Part shown: in pieces, positions 1 to 8,441 of the stretch
Position numbering within the stretch: position 1 is the first letter of the stretch
Layout of the letters: the number at the start of each line of letters is the position of its first letter
Virus record (IMG/VR): IMGVR_UViG_3300038797_000098
Location: 1-32,690 of that record
DNA: 32,690 bases
Source of the DNA: a virus
Lineage: Duplodnaviria; Caudoviricetes
Direction: 5' to 3' (one strand)
The notes under the pieces: generated by a model
The model's input: only the letters and a program-made list of their open reading frames with translations
The model's database searches: none
Told to the model about the DNA's origin: nothing
Program-made: the position numbers and the translations under genes

Positions 1-67
1 GGCGAGCTCCGGATCGTGTGGAATGCCTTCACCGTACACGAGCCGGCCATGCTTTCAATACACAAGA

Positions 68-586
68 TCATTCAAGATGTTCGGGCGCCAGCGCTCTGAC
101 ATAGGCCTGACAGGCCTGCAACGCAATCAATCCACGGTCGCCGGTGTCGGTGATGGCGATAATTCGTTGAGCATGCGCCGGGTCAAGTCGGGCGCGTACG
201 GTTGCAGGATCCACGCCGCCGGTGCCGGCGGCGGCTGGCACCGCACAGCCGTGGGCAACGTCGCCGGCATCGAGAAGGACTGACAGCCGCACATCGGCAG
301 TAGCAAGGCGATCGCGCAAGCGATCCTGATCACGTTGGGCATCGCTCAGCGCTCGATAATGGGTTTGTTCACTGGCCGCGAGCCGTTGCTCCAGCGCCAG
401 GCGTTTGTCCTGCTCGGCTTGTTGCGCGGTGGCGGCGGTCAGAGTCAGTTGATTGAGGGTTTCGGCGTTTAACCGCGCCTGCTCGGCCAATTGCCGCCCG
501 TAGCGCCAGTCCTGAAACTGCCATGCCGCTGCAAACGCCCCGGTCACCAGCAGCAACAGACCCATCACGCGCCAGGAACCGGACAT
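68..586 (-). CDS. Rz: Rz-like inner-membrane spanin
   Basis: N-terminal hydrophobic anchor (VMGLLLLVTGAFAAAW), Ala/Gln-rich coiled coil, C-terminal GDRGLIALQACQAYV; overlaps the endolysin end. Confidence 0.88.
   Translation of the reverse strand: MSGSWRVMGLLLLVTGAFAAAWQFQDWRYGRQLAEQARLNAETLNQLTLTAATAQQAEQDKRLALEQRLAASEQTHYRALSDAQRDQDRLRDRLATADVRLSVLLDAGDVAHGCAVPAAAGTGGVDPATVRARLDPAHAQRIIAITDTGDRGLIALQACQAYVRALAPEHLE
127..342 (-). CDS. Rz1: Rz1-like outer-membrane spanin lipoprotein embedded in Rz
   Basis: Alternative frame fully inside Rz; signal peptide with lipobox-like LLLPMCGC followed by a Pro-rich mature part (CQPPPAPAAW). Confidence 0.75.
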   Translation of the reverse strand: MPNVIRIACAIALLLPMCGCQSFSMPATLPTAVRCQPPPAPAAWILQPYAPDLTRRMLNELSPSPTPATVD

Positions 587-1131
587 AGCACCGCCCTCGC
601 CCGCGCCCAGATTTGCAGACGATCCTGCAAGCCGTTCAACCCGCCGTTGATCCGCCGGGTGATGGTGTTGAACTGGTCCGCGTCGGCCAGTTCATTCAGG
701 CCCTTCTGCCCCCAGAACCACGCCGCCGATTCGGCGGCCCATTGCGGTTGCTCGAGCAATTCGGGCAACGACAAAAGACGCTCATCGCCAAACAAGCCGA
801 GGCTGCATTGGCGATAGTTGGCGCGACCGGTGATTTGTATGAGCCCGCGCCCTCTGTATTTTTGCCCGTCGCCATCCGCCTCGGGCGTGTTGCCCAGACG
901 CAGCGCCAGCGTACCGGTATCGTATTTGCTCAGGTACTGGTTGTTGCCCAGTTCGCGCACGTAGCGCAATTGGCCGGACTCGTGACCGACCTGTGCGAGG
1001 AACGCCGCGATACGTTTTGGCGTATCGATGCGATGCCTGGCCATCGCGGTGTTGAGTGGCGAAACAAAAACGCCCGCTTGGGAGCGGGCGTTGGGCATGA
1101 TGTCGATTAGGTGTGTTTCAGTTAATTGCAT
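565..1131 (-). CDS. lys: Endolysin, glycoside hydrolase family 19 (pyocin lytic enzyme type)
   Basis: Motifs AAFLAQVGHES, YRGRGLIQITGRANY, ITRRINGGLNGLQDR; GGAGG RBS upstream. Confidence 0.93.
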   Translation of the reverse strand: MQLTETHLIDIMPNARSQAGVFVSPLNTAMARHRIDTPKRIAAFLAQVGHESGQLRYVRELGNNQYLSKYDTGTLALRLGNTPEADGDGQKYRGRGLIQITGRANYRQCSLGLFGDERLLSLPELLEQPQWAAESAAWFWGQKGLNELADADQFNTITRRINGGLNGLQDRLQIWARARAVLCPVPGA

Positions 1132-1167
1132 GATGCTTGATCCTCCCTGGATGTTGTCCCGATTGAA

Positions 1168-1386
1168 TCACGGCTGGCGGCTGATGCTTGCCAGCCATTT
1201 ATTTGCCAGAGTTTTCAGGGTGCCGGTTGCACCAGTTTCAGCGAGTACCCCATCCGCCGGTAGCACCTGCCCGCCCGAGAGCTGCCACTGCTGGAACTCT
1301 AGCCAGTCGCGATTGTTGGAGTCCTGTGGAATAAATGCACAGTCAGCCAGGCGCAACACGCCGCAAGCGCTTAGTTGATAAGCCAT
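1168..1386 (-). CDS. Short tail-fibre chaperone-like protein (partner of fibre 3)
   Basis: Directly follows fibre 3; YQL..GVLRLAD.AFIPQD..NRDW.EF..W resembles the N-terminal part of phage tail-fibre assembly chaperones; only 72 aa. Confidence 0.6.
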   Translation of the reverse strand: MAYQLSACGVLRLADCAFIPQDSNNRDWLEFQQWQLSGGQVLPADGVLAETGATGTLKTLANKWLASISRQP

Positions 1387-1397
1387 GAGTGTCGCTC

Positions 1398-2600
1398 CTA
1401 GATTTCAGCGTCCGCTGTCCATTCCAGTTGTAAAGTCTGCCCCGGTGCGCTGCCGACTGGCGTGACAGTGGCAAAAGAAATACTACGATCCGTTACGCCT
1501 TGAAGTAGCGTGCCGGTGCAAGCTTTGCTGATCGTTTGATTCCAGACCTGATTACTGCTGTCTGCCGGGCTATAGGCAGTGACAGTCGGTTGAACCCTTT
1601 TCTGAACCAGAAAGCCGATCGTCATCCCGTATTGGCCGATATTTCCTGCCGGGACCTGAGTAAACGTCGAGATACACGTATTGGTGCCATTATTGGCTTT
1701 GACCGGCAACCCGGAAGCAAATGACTTTTCGTAATAGCGCTGACATAACGCCAGCTCCTGCGCTAAGGGACGAAGCTCAAAGGGAGTGGACACAGGCCCC
1801 TCCTCCAATTGGATCTGTGTCAGATCGACCGTTTGCAGAACGTTGAGAGGCAGATCGAACGCCAATGTCAGACAGTCGCCGCTGCCTTGCATTTTCCCCG
1901 CAATGGCGGGCACCTGAAACGTTGCGGTGTAGCGCGTCCACACTGTGTTCAGTTGAAACGTATCAATCAGTTTCCCAACGGCTGCCGATCCACCTACCCC
2001 GAATTGCTGCGCAATCGTTATTTGCAAAGGCCGCACGGCATCGGATCGAGCCCAGAACGTCAGCGTTGCCGTTTTTCCGGCGAGCGTTCTGACCGACTCT
2101 ATATTCTGGGAGATTTTGTGAACGGTAGCTCCCGCCCCTGCGGACGTTTGCTGCCAGCGCAGGAAACAGGCCGGTTCATCAGAGACCTCGCCTTGCCCGA
2201 GCGCAAAATTTTGCCGCGTGATGCTCACTCCGGCGTTTCCGTTCCAGTCACAACGGAAACGATCAGCCACGTACCCGCCGACATTTGGCGCCTGATTGCT
2301 CGCACCACGCTGCCAGATTCTGAAATCGCCATTGATCAACAGATTCTTGCGATAGACCTGCACCGGAAACGCTTGCAGCGGATCAGGTCTGGACAACTCT
2401 CGAATGGCTTGAGCCAATTGATGGGTCTGATTTTCATCAGGTGTCAGGCCAGCAGCCGTGATTGCATTGAGTATTTCCTCGGTAACACTGTTCCCCCAAC
2501 TCGCCGGGATCAGTGACCCCGGCGTCCCTGCAATCGGGTCTTCGTCGACAAACCTGCCGTTTTCCAGACCTGAGCCCGGAATGCTTTTCGGATAATCCAT
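1398..2600 (-). CDS. Tail fibre 3 of the Mu-like tailocin, with a carbohydrate-binding-like C-terminal region
   Basis: Shared N-terminal anchor MDYPKS..GL.NG.FVDE...GTPGSLIPA.WGN; KNLLINGDFRIWQRG and ELALCQRYYEK motifs typical of phage receptor-binding proteins. Confidence 0.85.
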   Translation of the reverse strand: MDYPKSIPGSGLENGRFVDEDPIAGTPGSLIPASWGNSVTEEILNAITAAGLTPDENQTHQLAQAIRELSRPDPLQAFPVQVYRKNLLINGDFRIWQRGASNQAPNVGGYVADRFRCDWNGNAGVSITRQNFALGQGEVSDEPACFLRWQQTSAGAGATVHKISQNIESVRTLAGKTATLTFWARSDAVRPLQITIAQQFGVGGSAAVGKLIDTFQLNTVWTRYTATFQVPAIAGKMQGSGDCLTLAFDLPLNVLQTVDLTQIQLEEGPVSTPFELRPLAQELALCQRYYEKSFASGLPVKANNGTNTCISTFTQVPAGNIGQYGMTIGFLVQKRVQPTVTAYSPADSSNQVWNQTISKACTGTLLQGVTDRSISFATVTPVGSAPGQTLQLEWTADAEI

Positions 2601-2617
2601 ATCACGTCCCTAATGAT

Positions 2618-3064
2618 TTAAAGCGCAGCAGGCAGCCAGCTCGGTGCCACCGGCCTATGCGCGCTGGACGGGAAGAATGAGCCTTGCGGCCACTCGCGCA
2701 ACGCCCGTCGATAAGTTTGCAGTTCGGCATATTGTTCAGTGGTCAATGTTGTGCCGCCGCCGTCCTCCAGTTCATCACGGTCGCGTGCGACCAGGCCGTC
2801 AGTGGCGGCAAGCTGGGCGTTGCGCCAGGTGCGCTCGAAGCCTGCGGCCGCCTCTGCCGAAGGAGGCGGTGGATCGACCAGGACCGGATAACCGCTTTCA
2901 GCATGCACGCCAATAACTTTCGCGGTGACCGACAGTTGCTGCAGCAGCGAGATCCAATAGGCTTGGGGAATTTCGATGACATCGTCAGGAATGTCCGACG
3001 AATTGATACCCGGTACATACACGCCTCGCGTACCGGCGCTGAAAAGCACGTTGGTAGTATTCAT
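2618..3064 (-). CDS. Tail fibre assembly chaperone (fibre 2)
   Basis: ERTWRNAQL...QYAELQTYRRALREWPQ..FP....RPVAPSWL motif; directly downstream of fibre 2. Confidence 0.85.
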   Translation of the reverse strand: MNTTNVLFSAGTRGVYVPGINSSDIPDDVIEIPQAYWISLLQQLSVTAKVIGVHAESGYPVLVDPPPPSAEAAAGFERTWRNAQLAATDGLVARDRDELEDGGGTTLTTEQYAELQTYRRALREWPQGSFFPSSAHRPVAPSWLPAAL

Positions 3065-3958
3065 TCAATAACCCTTGGCAAAATAAAACACGGTCCAGCC
3101 AGCGCCAGGCTGGTTGACCGCGTTGCGCACTTTCAAGCGAACGCCTTGCTTGGTGGCGGTGCCTCCGACAACAATCACGATGGCCGCTTCGCCACCGGCA
3201 TGGTTGGCGACACATGAGAAAAAACCATTCGGGAAGGAAACCGGGAAATTGACCCACATTTCACCGTTGGCATCCGTAATGCCGGTCCCCCATTGATCTA
3301 TGTTTCCACTGGCGTGCTTCTGATACCCGGGGTTAGCCGTCAACCCTGAAAACAGTGCGGCATATTTGAGACTCGCGGTGCCGTGGACTGCCCAGACTCC
3401 GTTTTCCCTGACGACGGTGGCGCTCTCACCACTGTTCATGACAATCGAGGTCAGTTCAGCTCCTTGCGGGCTTATTTTCGCAATGCCTGTACAGGCAATA
3501 GTGACCGGGGCGTTGCTACGGCAATGCAGCGTGAACGTTGCGCCATTGGGAACTGACTTGATGTCTGGCAAAGACACGGTATAGGCCGAGTTTCCGCCCA
3601 GGCCGATCGCCCATCCCACATCCGCAAGAGAAAGTTGCGCCGTGGCTGCGATGTCACGAGACCCTGCGTGATTGCCCAGTGCACGCTGCACGAACTCGGC
3701 CGTAGCCACTGAACGGCTGAAATCGAATTGCGCCGGGGTTTTGAAGAGCTGCGAGCTACGTAGCGCGTCGAGCATTTGTGTATTTGAAGTCTCGGTCGGT
3801 GTCATTCCAGCAGCCCGCACAACGCCGAGAATTTCCTGCGTCACGCCGTTGCCCCATCTCGCGGGAATCAACGAGCCGGGTGTGCCCGCGAGCGCGTCCT
3901 CATCAACAAACATGCCATTGACCAAGCCTGCGCTTGGCACACTGATTGGATAATCCAT
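3065..3958 (-). CDS. Tail fibre 2 of the Mu-like tailocin
   Basis: Shared MDYP anchor; TPAQFD.SRSVATAEFVQ fibre motif; C-terminal GYQK..SG.IDQWG...FPVSFPN...FYFAKGY tip domain. Confidence 0.85.
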   Translation of the reverse strand: MDYPISVPSAGLVNGMFVDEDALAGTPGSLIPARWGNGVTQEILGVVRAAGMTPTETSNTQMLDALRSSQLFKTPAQFDFSRSVATAEFVQRALGNHAGSRDIAATAQLSLADVGWAIGLGGNSAYTVSLPDIKSVPNGATFTLHCRSNAPVTIACTGIAKISPQGAELTSIVMNSGESATVVRENGVWAVHGTASLKYAALFSGLTANPGYQKHASGNIDQWGTGITDANGEMWVNFPVSFPNGFFSCVANHAGGEAAIVIVVGGTATKQGVRLKVRNAVNQPGAGWTVFYFAKGY

Positions 3959-4082
3959 TGTCTTTTTCCTTAACGATGACTTCGATCCTTGCGGTCGCGC
4001 GGGGCGCCACAGGCCAAATGATGTACAAACTAAACAAGCCCATATCGCGTGGTGTCGGTGACGTAGAAGTGGACCTTGTTGC

Positions 4083-4598
4083 CTAGCTGGATATACCGTT
4101 GATCAGGACACGAATCCCGATCAACGCATCGTCTGCGGCGCCACGCGCCAAATCGACCTTGCCCTTGCCCCCCTGTGCGCGAATCTGCGCCTTGGCCTTC
4201 AGGCGCAAAGTGCGCAGAGTGAGCAAATGGTCAGTCAACTGCTCCGCCTTACTCAGAATCTGCTCGGCGGCCTGTTTGGCGCTGCGGCCTTTGACAACCC
4301 ACGCGGCGACCGACAGCGGCACTTCTTTTTTTGGGTAACCGGCGTCCTGATAAGCCTGCGCGTCGGCGGCGGCCTGGGCGTATTCCATGGCTTTGAGCGG
4401 GTCGCCGGCCAGCACCGAGCGGACGTTATCAGCAGCGGCGTCGATCATGCCGCAGAGGCGTTCGGCTTCCAGCAGTTCCAGTTCGGCGACCCTGCCCGTA
4501 TTGAGCTGCCATGCTTCAGCGACCCACTCATGGGCAGGAGAAGGCTGTGCAGCACGCAAACCGTCCTCGAACTGATGCATTTCTTGAATGATGATCAT
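4083..4598 (-). CDS. Putative tail fibre assembly/accessory protein (fibre 1 partner)
   Basis: 4-nt overlap with fibre 1; helical IDAAAD..R....GDPLKAMEY..A..DAQAY segment seen in phage fibre-associated proteins. Confidence 0.7.
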   Translation of the reverse strand: MIIIQEMHQFEDGLRAAQPSPAHEWVAEAWQLNTGRVAELELLEAERLCGMIDAAADNVRSVLAGDPLKAMEYAQAAADAQAYQDAGYPKKEVPLSVAAWVVKGRSAKQAAEQILSKAEQLTDHLLTLRTLRLKAKAQIRAQGGKGKVDLARGAADDALIGIRVLINGISS

Positions 4599-5746
4599 CG
4601 GATCAACTCCCAGGAAAGATTGATATTCACCGCTGCTGTAAAGTTGATCGCAATACCGTTGGAGTAGTCGCTTGGAAGGATATTTTTGATACCCATGCTC
4701 AACAGCAATTCGTCACTTGTTCCGTTATCAGCACCGAAGGCGTGTTCGGCTTGATAGGTCTGCCACAGGGAACGCAAAATGCTGTGGTCGAAGCTGGCGG
4801 TCAATGTCGAAACGGTTGTGTCATTCACCTCGTTGTTGGTAATAACCCGCACCGTCTCACCCGCATTGGCCCAGCCGTCCCAGTTGCTCGACGTGGCAAC
4901 CTTCGGGTTGAGAAAACAGTAGTTGGCGCCCAGCCATCCGGGTGTAGCGAAATTCACAGCTGTGACTTGTGTCGGATGCGGCGTCGCGTTGCCCACCACC
5001 AGACGAGCGGCACGAGCATGCGGGTCAAGTGGCAGGTACACCACGCCATTACCGCTGATTGTTTGCGTCCACGACAAGCGACTGCGGTTATAAATCGGCC
5101 GGACAATTGGTACCGAGCCGGGACCAGCCGTCACCACCCATGCCAGACAAAGATCCAGCGTCGTCGACTGGAAACCGCCTCCCGCCGTTCCATTGATCGT
5201 GCCCTTCAAACCCTCCGGTGTAGCGTCATAAATCGTGCCGCGCTGCATGTAGAAGGTCAGCAGGCCCGCAACCACTTGCGCACGCAGAAAGTAACCAGAG
5301 TTGGGCAAAAGATCGGCACTGCTCCAGGCTTGTGTCGTAAACGTGCGCGGACGACCCAACTGACCTGCCAGCACTTCTTGGCCCAGGCTGATCAGTACGC
5401 CGGGCAGAATAGATAACCGCCCGCCACTGGTAGCAAACGCGGTCGGTGTGATTGGCAATCGCCCGTCCGCCGTAGCGACGGTGGCGGTTGGCAAGGCGCC
5501 AATCGGCAACGCCGAATCCAAATTCCAGCCCTTGGCCGAAACGCTCTGAATCGCCTGCAACAACTGATCGTATTTCTTCTCGTCAGGCGTCAGGTCCGCC
5601 GCCTTGATCACGTTAAGAATTTCCTGCGTAACCCCGTTCCCCCAATCCGCCGGAATCAACGACCCCGGCGTCCCCATCAACGGGTTCTCATCAACAAACT
5701 TCCCATTCACCAACCCGGCGCTGGGCACACTCTTCGGATAATCCAT
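4595..5746 (-). CDS. Tail fibre 1 of the Mu-like tailocin
   Basis: First gene after the gp48-like baseplate gene; shared MDYPKSVPSAGLVNGKFVDE anchor. Confidence 0.85.
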   Translation of the reverse strand: MDYPKSVPSAGLVNGKFVDENPLMGTPGSLIPADWGNGVTQEILNVIKAADLTPDEKKYDQLLQAIQSVSAKGWNLDSALPIGALPTATVATADGRLPITPTAFATSGGRLSILPGVLISLGQEVLAGQLGRPRTFTTQAWSSADLLPNSGYFLRAQVVAGLLTFYMQRGTIYDATPEGLKGTINGTAGGGFQSTTLDLCLAWVVTAGPGSVPIVRPIYNRSRLSWTQTISGNGVVYLPLDPHARAARLVVGNATPHPTQVTAVNFATPGWLGANYCFLNPKVATSSNWDGWANAGETVRVITNNEVNDTTVSTLTASFDHSILRSLWQTYQAEHAFGADNGTSDELLLSMGIKNILPSDYSNGIAINFTAAVNINLSWELIR

Positions 5747-5759
5747 CCCTCATCCCTCC

Positions 5760-6359
5760 CTAGTCATAATTGATGTGCACCTTGGTATGCGCCGGCGCGC
5801 TGCGGTGGATCAGGCATTCCAGCGCCGAGCCCGGGTTGACGCCGAAGCGCTCGCCCCAGTAGCTCGCGCCGTAACGGCGGCCGAGCAGCAGGCGGCCGCC
5901 GGTGTTGAGCGTCCACATGAACTGCGCTTCCCAAGTGCCCCAATGCGCCGAACCAAACCGGGCGCGGCCCATGCGTGGGGCTTCGTGTTCGGTGATGCTG
6001 GCGTTGGGGTAACCCTGGCTTTTGGCGATGTCGAGGTAGTAGCCGACAGCCTGGCTGCCGACCGCGAGCAAGCGGCGGCGTACGGCGAGGCGGCGGTCGT
6101 CGAACAGTGGCGTGGCGCCCAGGCACGGGTCGGGCAGGTTCATCACCCGCTCCCAGTCCGGCACCAGTTCGCTGACGCCGGCCGGGTCCATTTCGTTGAG
6201 CAGGTCGGCGGCGCGCGCATCCAGACGGGCCAGTTCGACGGCGACGCCTTGCAGCACTTCCTCAAGCTCGGGCACCCGCTCCGGATCCCATGCCGGGCCA
6301 CTGGGCAGCAAGGCGCGCAACTGCGCCTGGTATTGCGCGGCGGTTCTTATGCCCCCCAT
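5760..6359 (-). CDS. Mu gp48/YmfQ (DUF2313)-like baseplate protein
   Basis: QLRALLPSGPAW, LVPDWERVMNLPD, LECLIHRSAPAHT motifs; follows the baseplate J gene. Confidence 0.88.
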   Translation of the reverse strand: MGGIRTAAQYQAQLRALLPSGPAWDPERVPELEEVLQGVAVELARLDARAADLLNEMDPAGVSELVPDWERVMNLPDPCLGATPLFDDRRLAVRRRLLAVGSQAVGYYLDIAKSQGYPNASITEHEAPRMGRARFGSAHWGTWEAQFMWTLNTGGRLLLGRRYGASYWGERFGVNPGSALECLIHRSAPAHTKVHINYD

Positions 6360-7393
6360 ACGCAGCCTCCGAAGGTGAGCAGTTCGCTCTGCCCGGCCGG
6401 CACGTCAGCGGCCGGAGCAGTGAGCGTGTGATCGTATTCGCCGCCGGCGCTGCTGATGGCTTCACGGATATGGCTGATCAGCAACGGCACGCCGAGGTCA
6501 GCCTCGCGGTTGTGCAGATCGCGCAACTGCGCTTCAACGGCGGCGCGCACGGCGGTAGTGTCCGGATTGACGCTCTTGAAGCGATACACCACCGGCACCT
6601 GAACCGGTCGCTGCACGTGCACTTCCGCGGTCACCGGACGCAGCGGTTCGATGTACTCCTGAACCTCCGCCAACTGCTCATCGTTCGGCACCGGTTGCGG
6701 GTCTTCATCACGCATGATGAACACCGTCACCGTGCCCGGCCCGAGCAGGCCGCCCCGGCACCACGCCCGCGTCACACCCGGCACTTCCAGCGCCCAGGTT
6801 TCGTAGTCGCTGGCCGCGCCACCGTGGGGAATCACGCGGTAGGAACGGATGACCCGCGAGCGCAGCGATTCGAGGCTTTCCCGCGCCACACCGCCGCTGA
6901 GGCCCGGCGCCAGCACCACGAAGCTGTTGCCGACAATCCCGGCAATCGGCTGCACCTGGGTCAGCGTCAAACCCGCATCAGCGTTGCCCAGACTGCCGGC
7001 CTCCAGCGCCGCAATCGTGGTGCTGTTGCTGCCATTGACCGTGGTGCGCGCCGTGGTGACTTTGTAGGTGCGGCCATCGTTCGCTTGCAGCAGAGTGTCG
7101 ACGTCGAGCACGGCGCCGGGAGTGGCGGTAAAACTGACGCTGCCGGTAGCCACCTGCGCGGCTTTGCGCGGCTGATTCAGGCGCAGCGCGGCGATGCGTT
7201 CCAGGGTTGACTCATCGGCTTTGTCGGGCAGGATCTGCTCGGCAATCCAGTCGAGATAACCGTACAAGCCATAAGCGGCACCACCGAGAGTGCGGGCCAG
7301 TACTTGCGCATCGGACTGGCGCAGCGAATCGCCGGCCAGGTCGCTTTGGGTGCGTTTGATCAGCACCGGCAGCGAAGGGGTTTCAAACGGCAT
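6347..7393 (-). CDS. Baseplate J / Mu gp47 family protein
   Basis: GGAASDYETWALEVPGVTRAW, GPGTVTVF, QILPDKAD motifs. Confidence 0.92.
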   Translation of the reverse strand: MPFETPSLPVLIKRTQSDLAGDSLRQSDAQVLARTLGGAAYGLYGYLDWIAEQILPDKADESTLERIAALRLNQPRKAAQVATGSVSFTATPGAVLDVDTLLQANDGRTYKVTTARTTVNGSNSTTIAALEAGSLGNADAGLTLTQVQPIAGIVGNSFVVLAPGLSGGVARESLESLRSRVIRSYRVIPHGGAASDYETWALEVPGVTRAWCRGGLLGPGTVTVFIMRDEDPQPVPNDEQLAEVQEYIEPLRPVTAEVHVQRPVQVPVVYRFKSVNPDTTAVRAAVEAQLRDLHNREADLGVPLLISHIREAISSAGGEYDHTLTAPAADVPAGQSELLTFGGCVWGA

Positions 7394-7781
7394 AGATCAC
7401 CTGCCAACTGTTATCGGGGTTGATGTCCAGACGTTCGCCGTCGGCCAGCGTGAGGATCGTGCGCAGGTTGAGGCGCTGGGCGTCGAGGCGTTCGCTGATG
7501 ATGTCGATGGCGCTGCAGTGGCCGTCGTCGAGCAGCCATTGCAGGGCTTCGCGGGCATAAAATTCGGCGTCCATTTGCGTCTGCCGGGTCAGCTTGACCC
7601 GGCGCAGCAGCCACAGCCGCGAGCCGATGCGATCGTCGGCAACCGTGGGGAAACTGTCGCCCCACCAGCCGAAGCGTTCTTCGTCATCGAGGGCGTCGTC
7701 ATCAGCGGCGCGACGCCAGGTGAACAGACTGATGAGCACGGCGCGGGTCAGCGCGGCGTGGAGGTTCTGGCTGATGAACAT
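7383..7781 (-). CDS. Mu gp46-like baseplate protein
   Basis: AVLISLFTWRRA, GWWGD, IGSRLWLL, AREALQWLLDDG motifs. Confidence 0.9.
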   Translation of the reverse strand: MFISQNLHAALTRAVLISLFTWRRAADDDALDDEERFGWWGDSFPTVADDRIGSRLWLLRRVKLTRQTQMDAEFYAREALQWLLDDGHCSAIDIISERLDAQRLNLRTILTLADGERLDINPDNSWQVIYAV

Positions 7782-8290
7782 CACTGGCCTCCTGCCGGCG
7801 CGCCGGTCTGACCGTTGCCGGCCTGCACGCCAACATGCACGTGTTTGATCTGGCTGATGCCGCCAGCCAGTTGATCACCGGTGGAAACGATCTTGCCGGT
7901 CTGGTTTATCACCGGCGTTTCGAAGTTCACCGCGCTGCTGGCGCGGATGTTCAGCGTGGCGGTTTCGATGTCGATGATCCGCCCGCGCTTGAAATGAATT
8001 TTGTCGCCCTCGTCGGTGTAGATCGCCACTTCACCGGCAGCGAGCGCTTGCAGGCGATAGCGACGGTCGGCGATGACCAGGGCGATGGCGTGGGAACGGT
8101 CGCCGCCGATGAAGGTGACGACCCCTTCAGCGCCAGCCAGCGGATGGCTGGTGAAACCGTAGGGTTCGAAGTGTTCGAGGTCGTCGTTGACTTCACCGGC
8201 GGTGAGGCGCATTTGCAGCGATTGCAGCTTGGTTGCCGAATTGGCGAGCACGACAGTGCCGCGCGCCAGCAGGCGTGTCAGTAGGCTCAT
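7781..8290 (-). CDS. Baseplate spike (Mu gp45 / gpV-like)
   Basis: EHFEPYGFTSHP, GEVAIYTDEGD and C-terminal HVH metal-binding tip. Start moved to the ATG at 8290 (AAGGA RBS). Confidence 0.9.
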   Translation of the reverse strand: MSLLTRLLARGTVVLANSATKLQSLQMRLTAGEVNDDLEHFEPYGFTSHPLAGAEGVVTFIGGDRSHAIALVIADRRYRLQALAAGEVAIYTDEGDKIHFKRGRIIDIETATLNIRASSAVNFETPVINQTGKIVSTGDQLAGGISQIKHVHVGVQAGNGQTGAPAGGQ

Positions 8291-8318
8291 GGGTTTCCTT
8301 AGACTTTGTCGACACAAA

Positions 8319-8415
8319 CCCTGTGGGAGCGGGCTTGCCCGCGATGGCGGTGTGTCAGGGAAAAAATGTATTTGTTGTCACGACCGCTATCGCGGGCAAG
8401 CCCGCTCCCACAGGG
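8319..8415. repeat. REP doublet (REPIN), GGGCTTGCCC variant
   Basis: Inverted arms CCCTGTGGGAGCGGGCTTGCCCGCGAT / ATCGCGGGCAAGCCCGCTCCCACAGGG in an intergenic gap. Confidence 0.9.
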
Positions 8416-8441
8416 GCCATTGTCGCCAGCAGGATCCTGCG

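Noticed and set aside
3959-4082. Internal promoter ahead of fibre 2
   Set aside because: The 124-nt gap has no convincing -35/-10 pair or strong hairpin.
1398-5746. Invertible or DGR-type fibre switching
   Set aside because: All cassettes are co-oriented and full length; no invertase, reverse transcriptase or template/variable repeat pair is seen.
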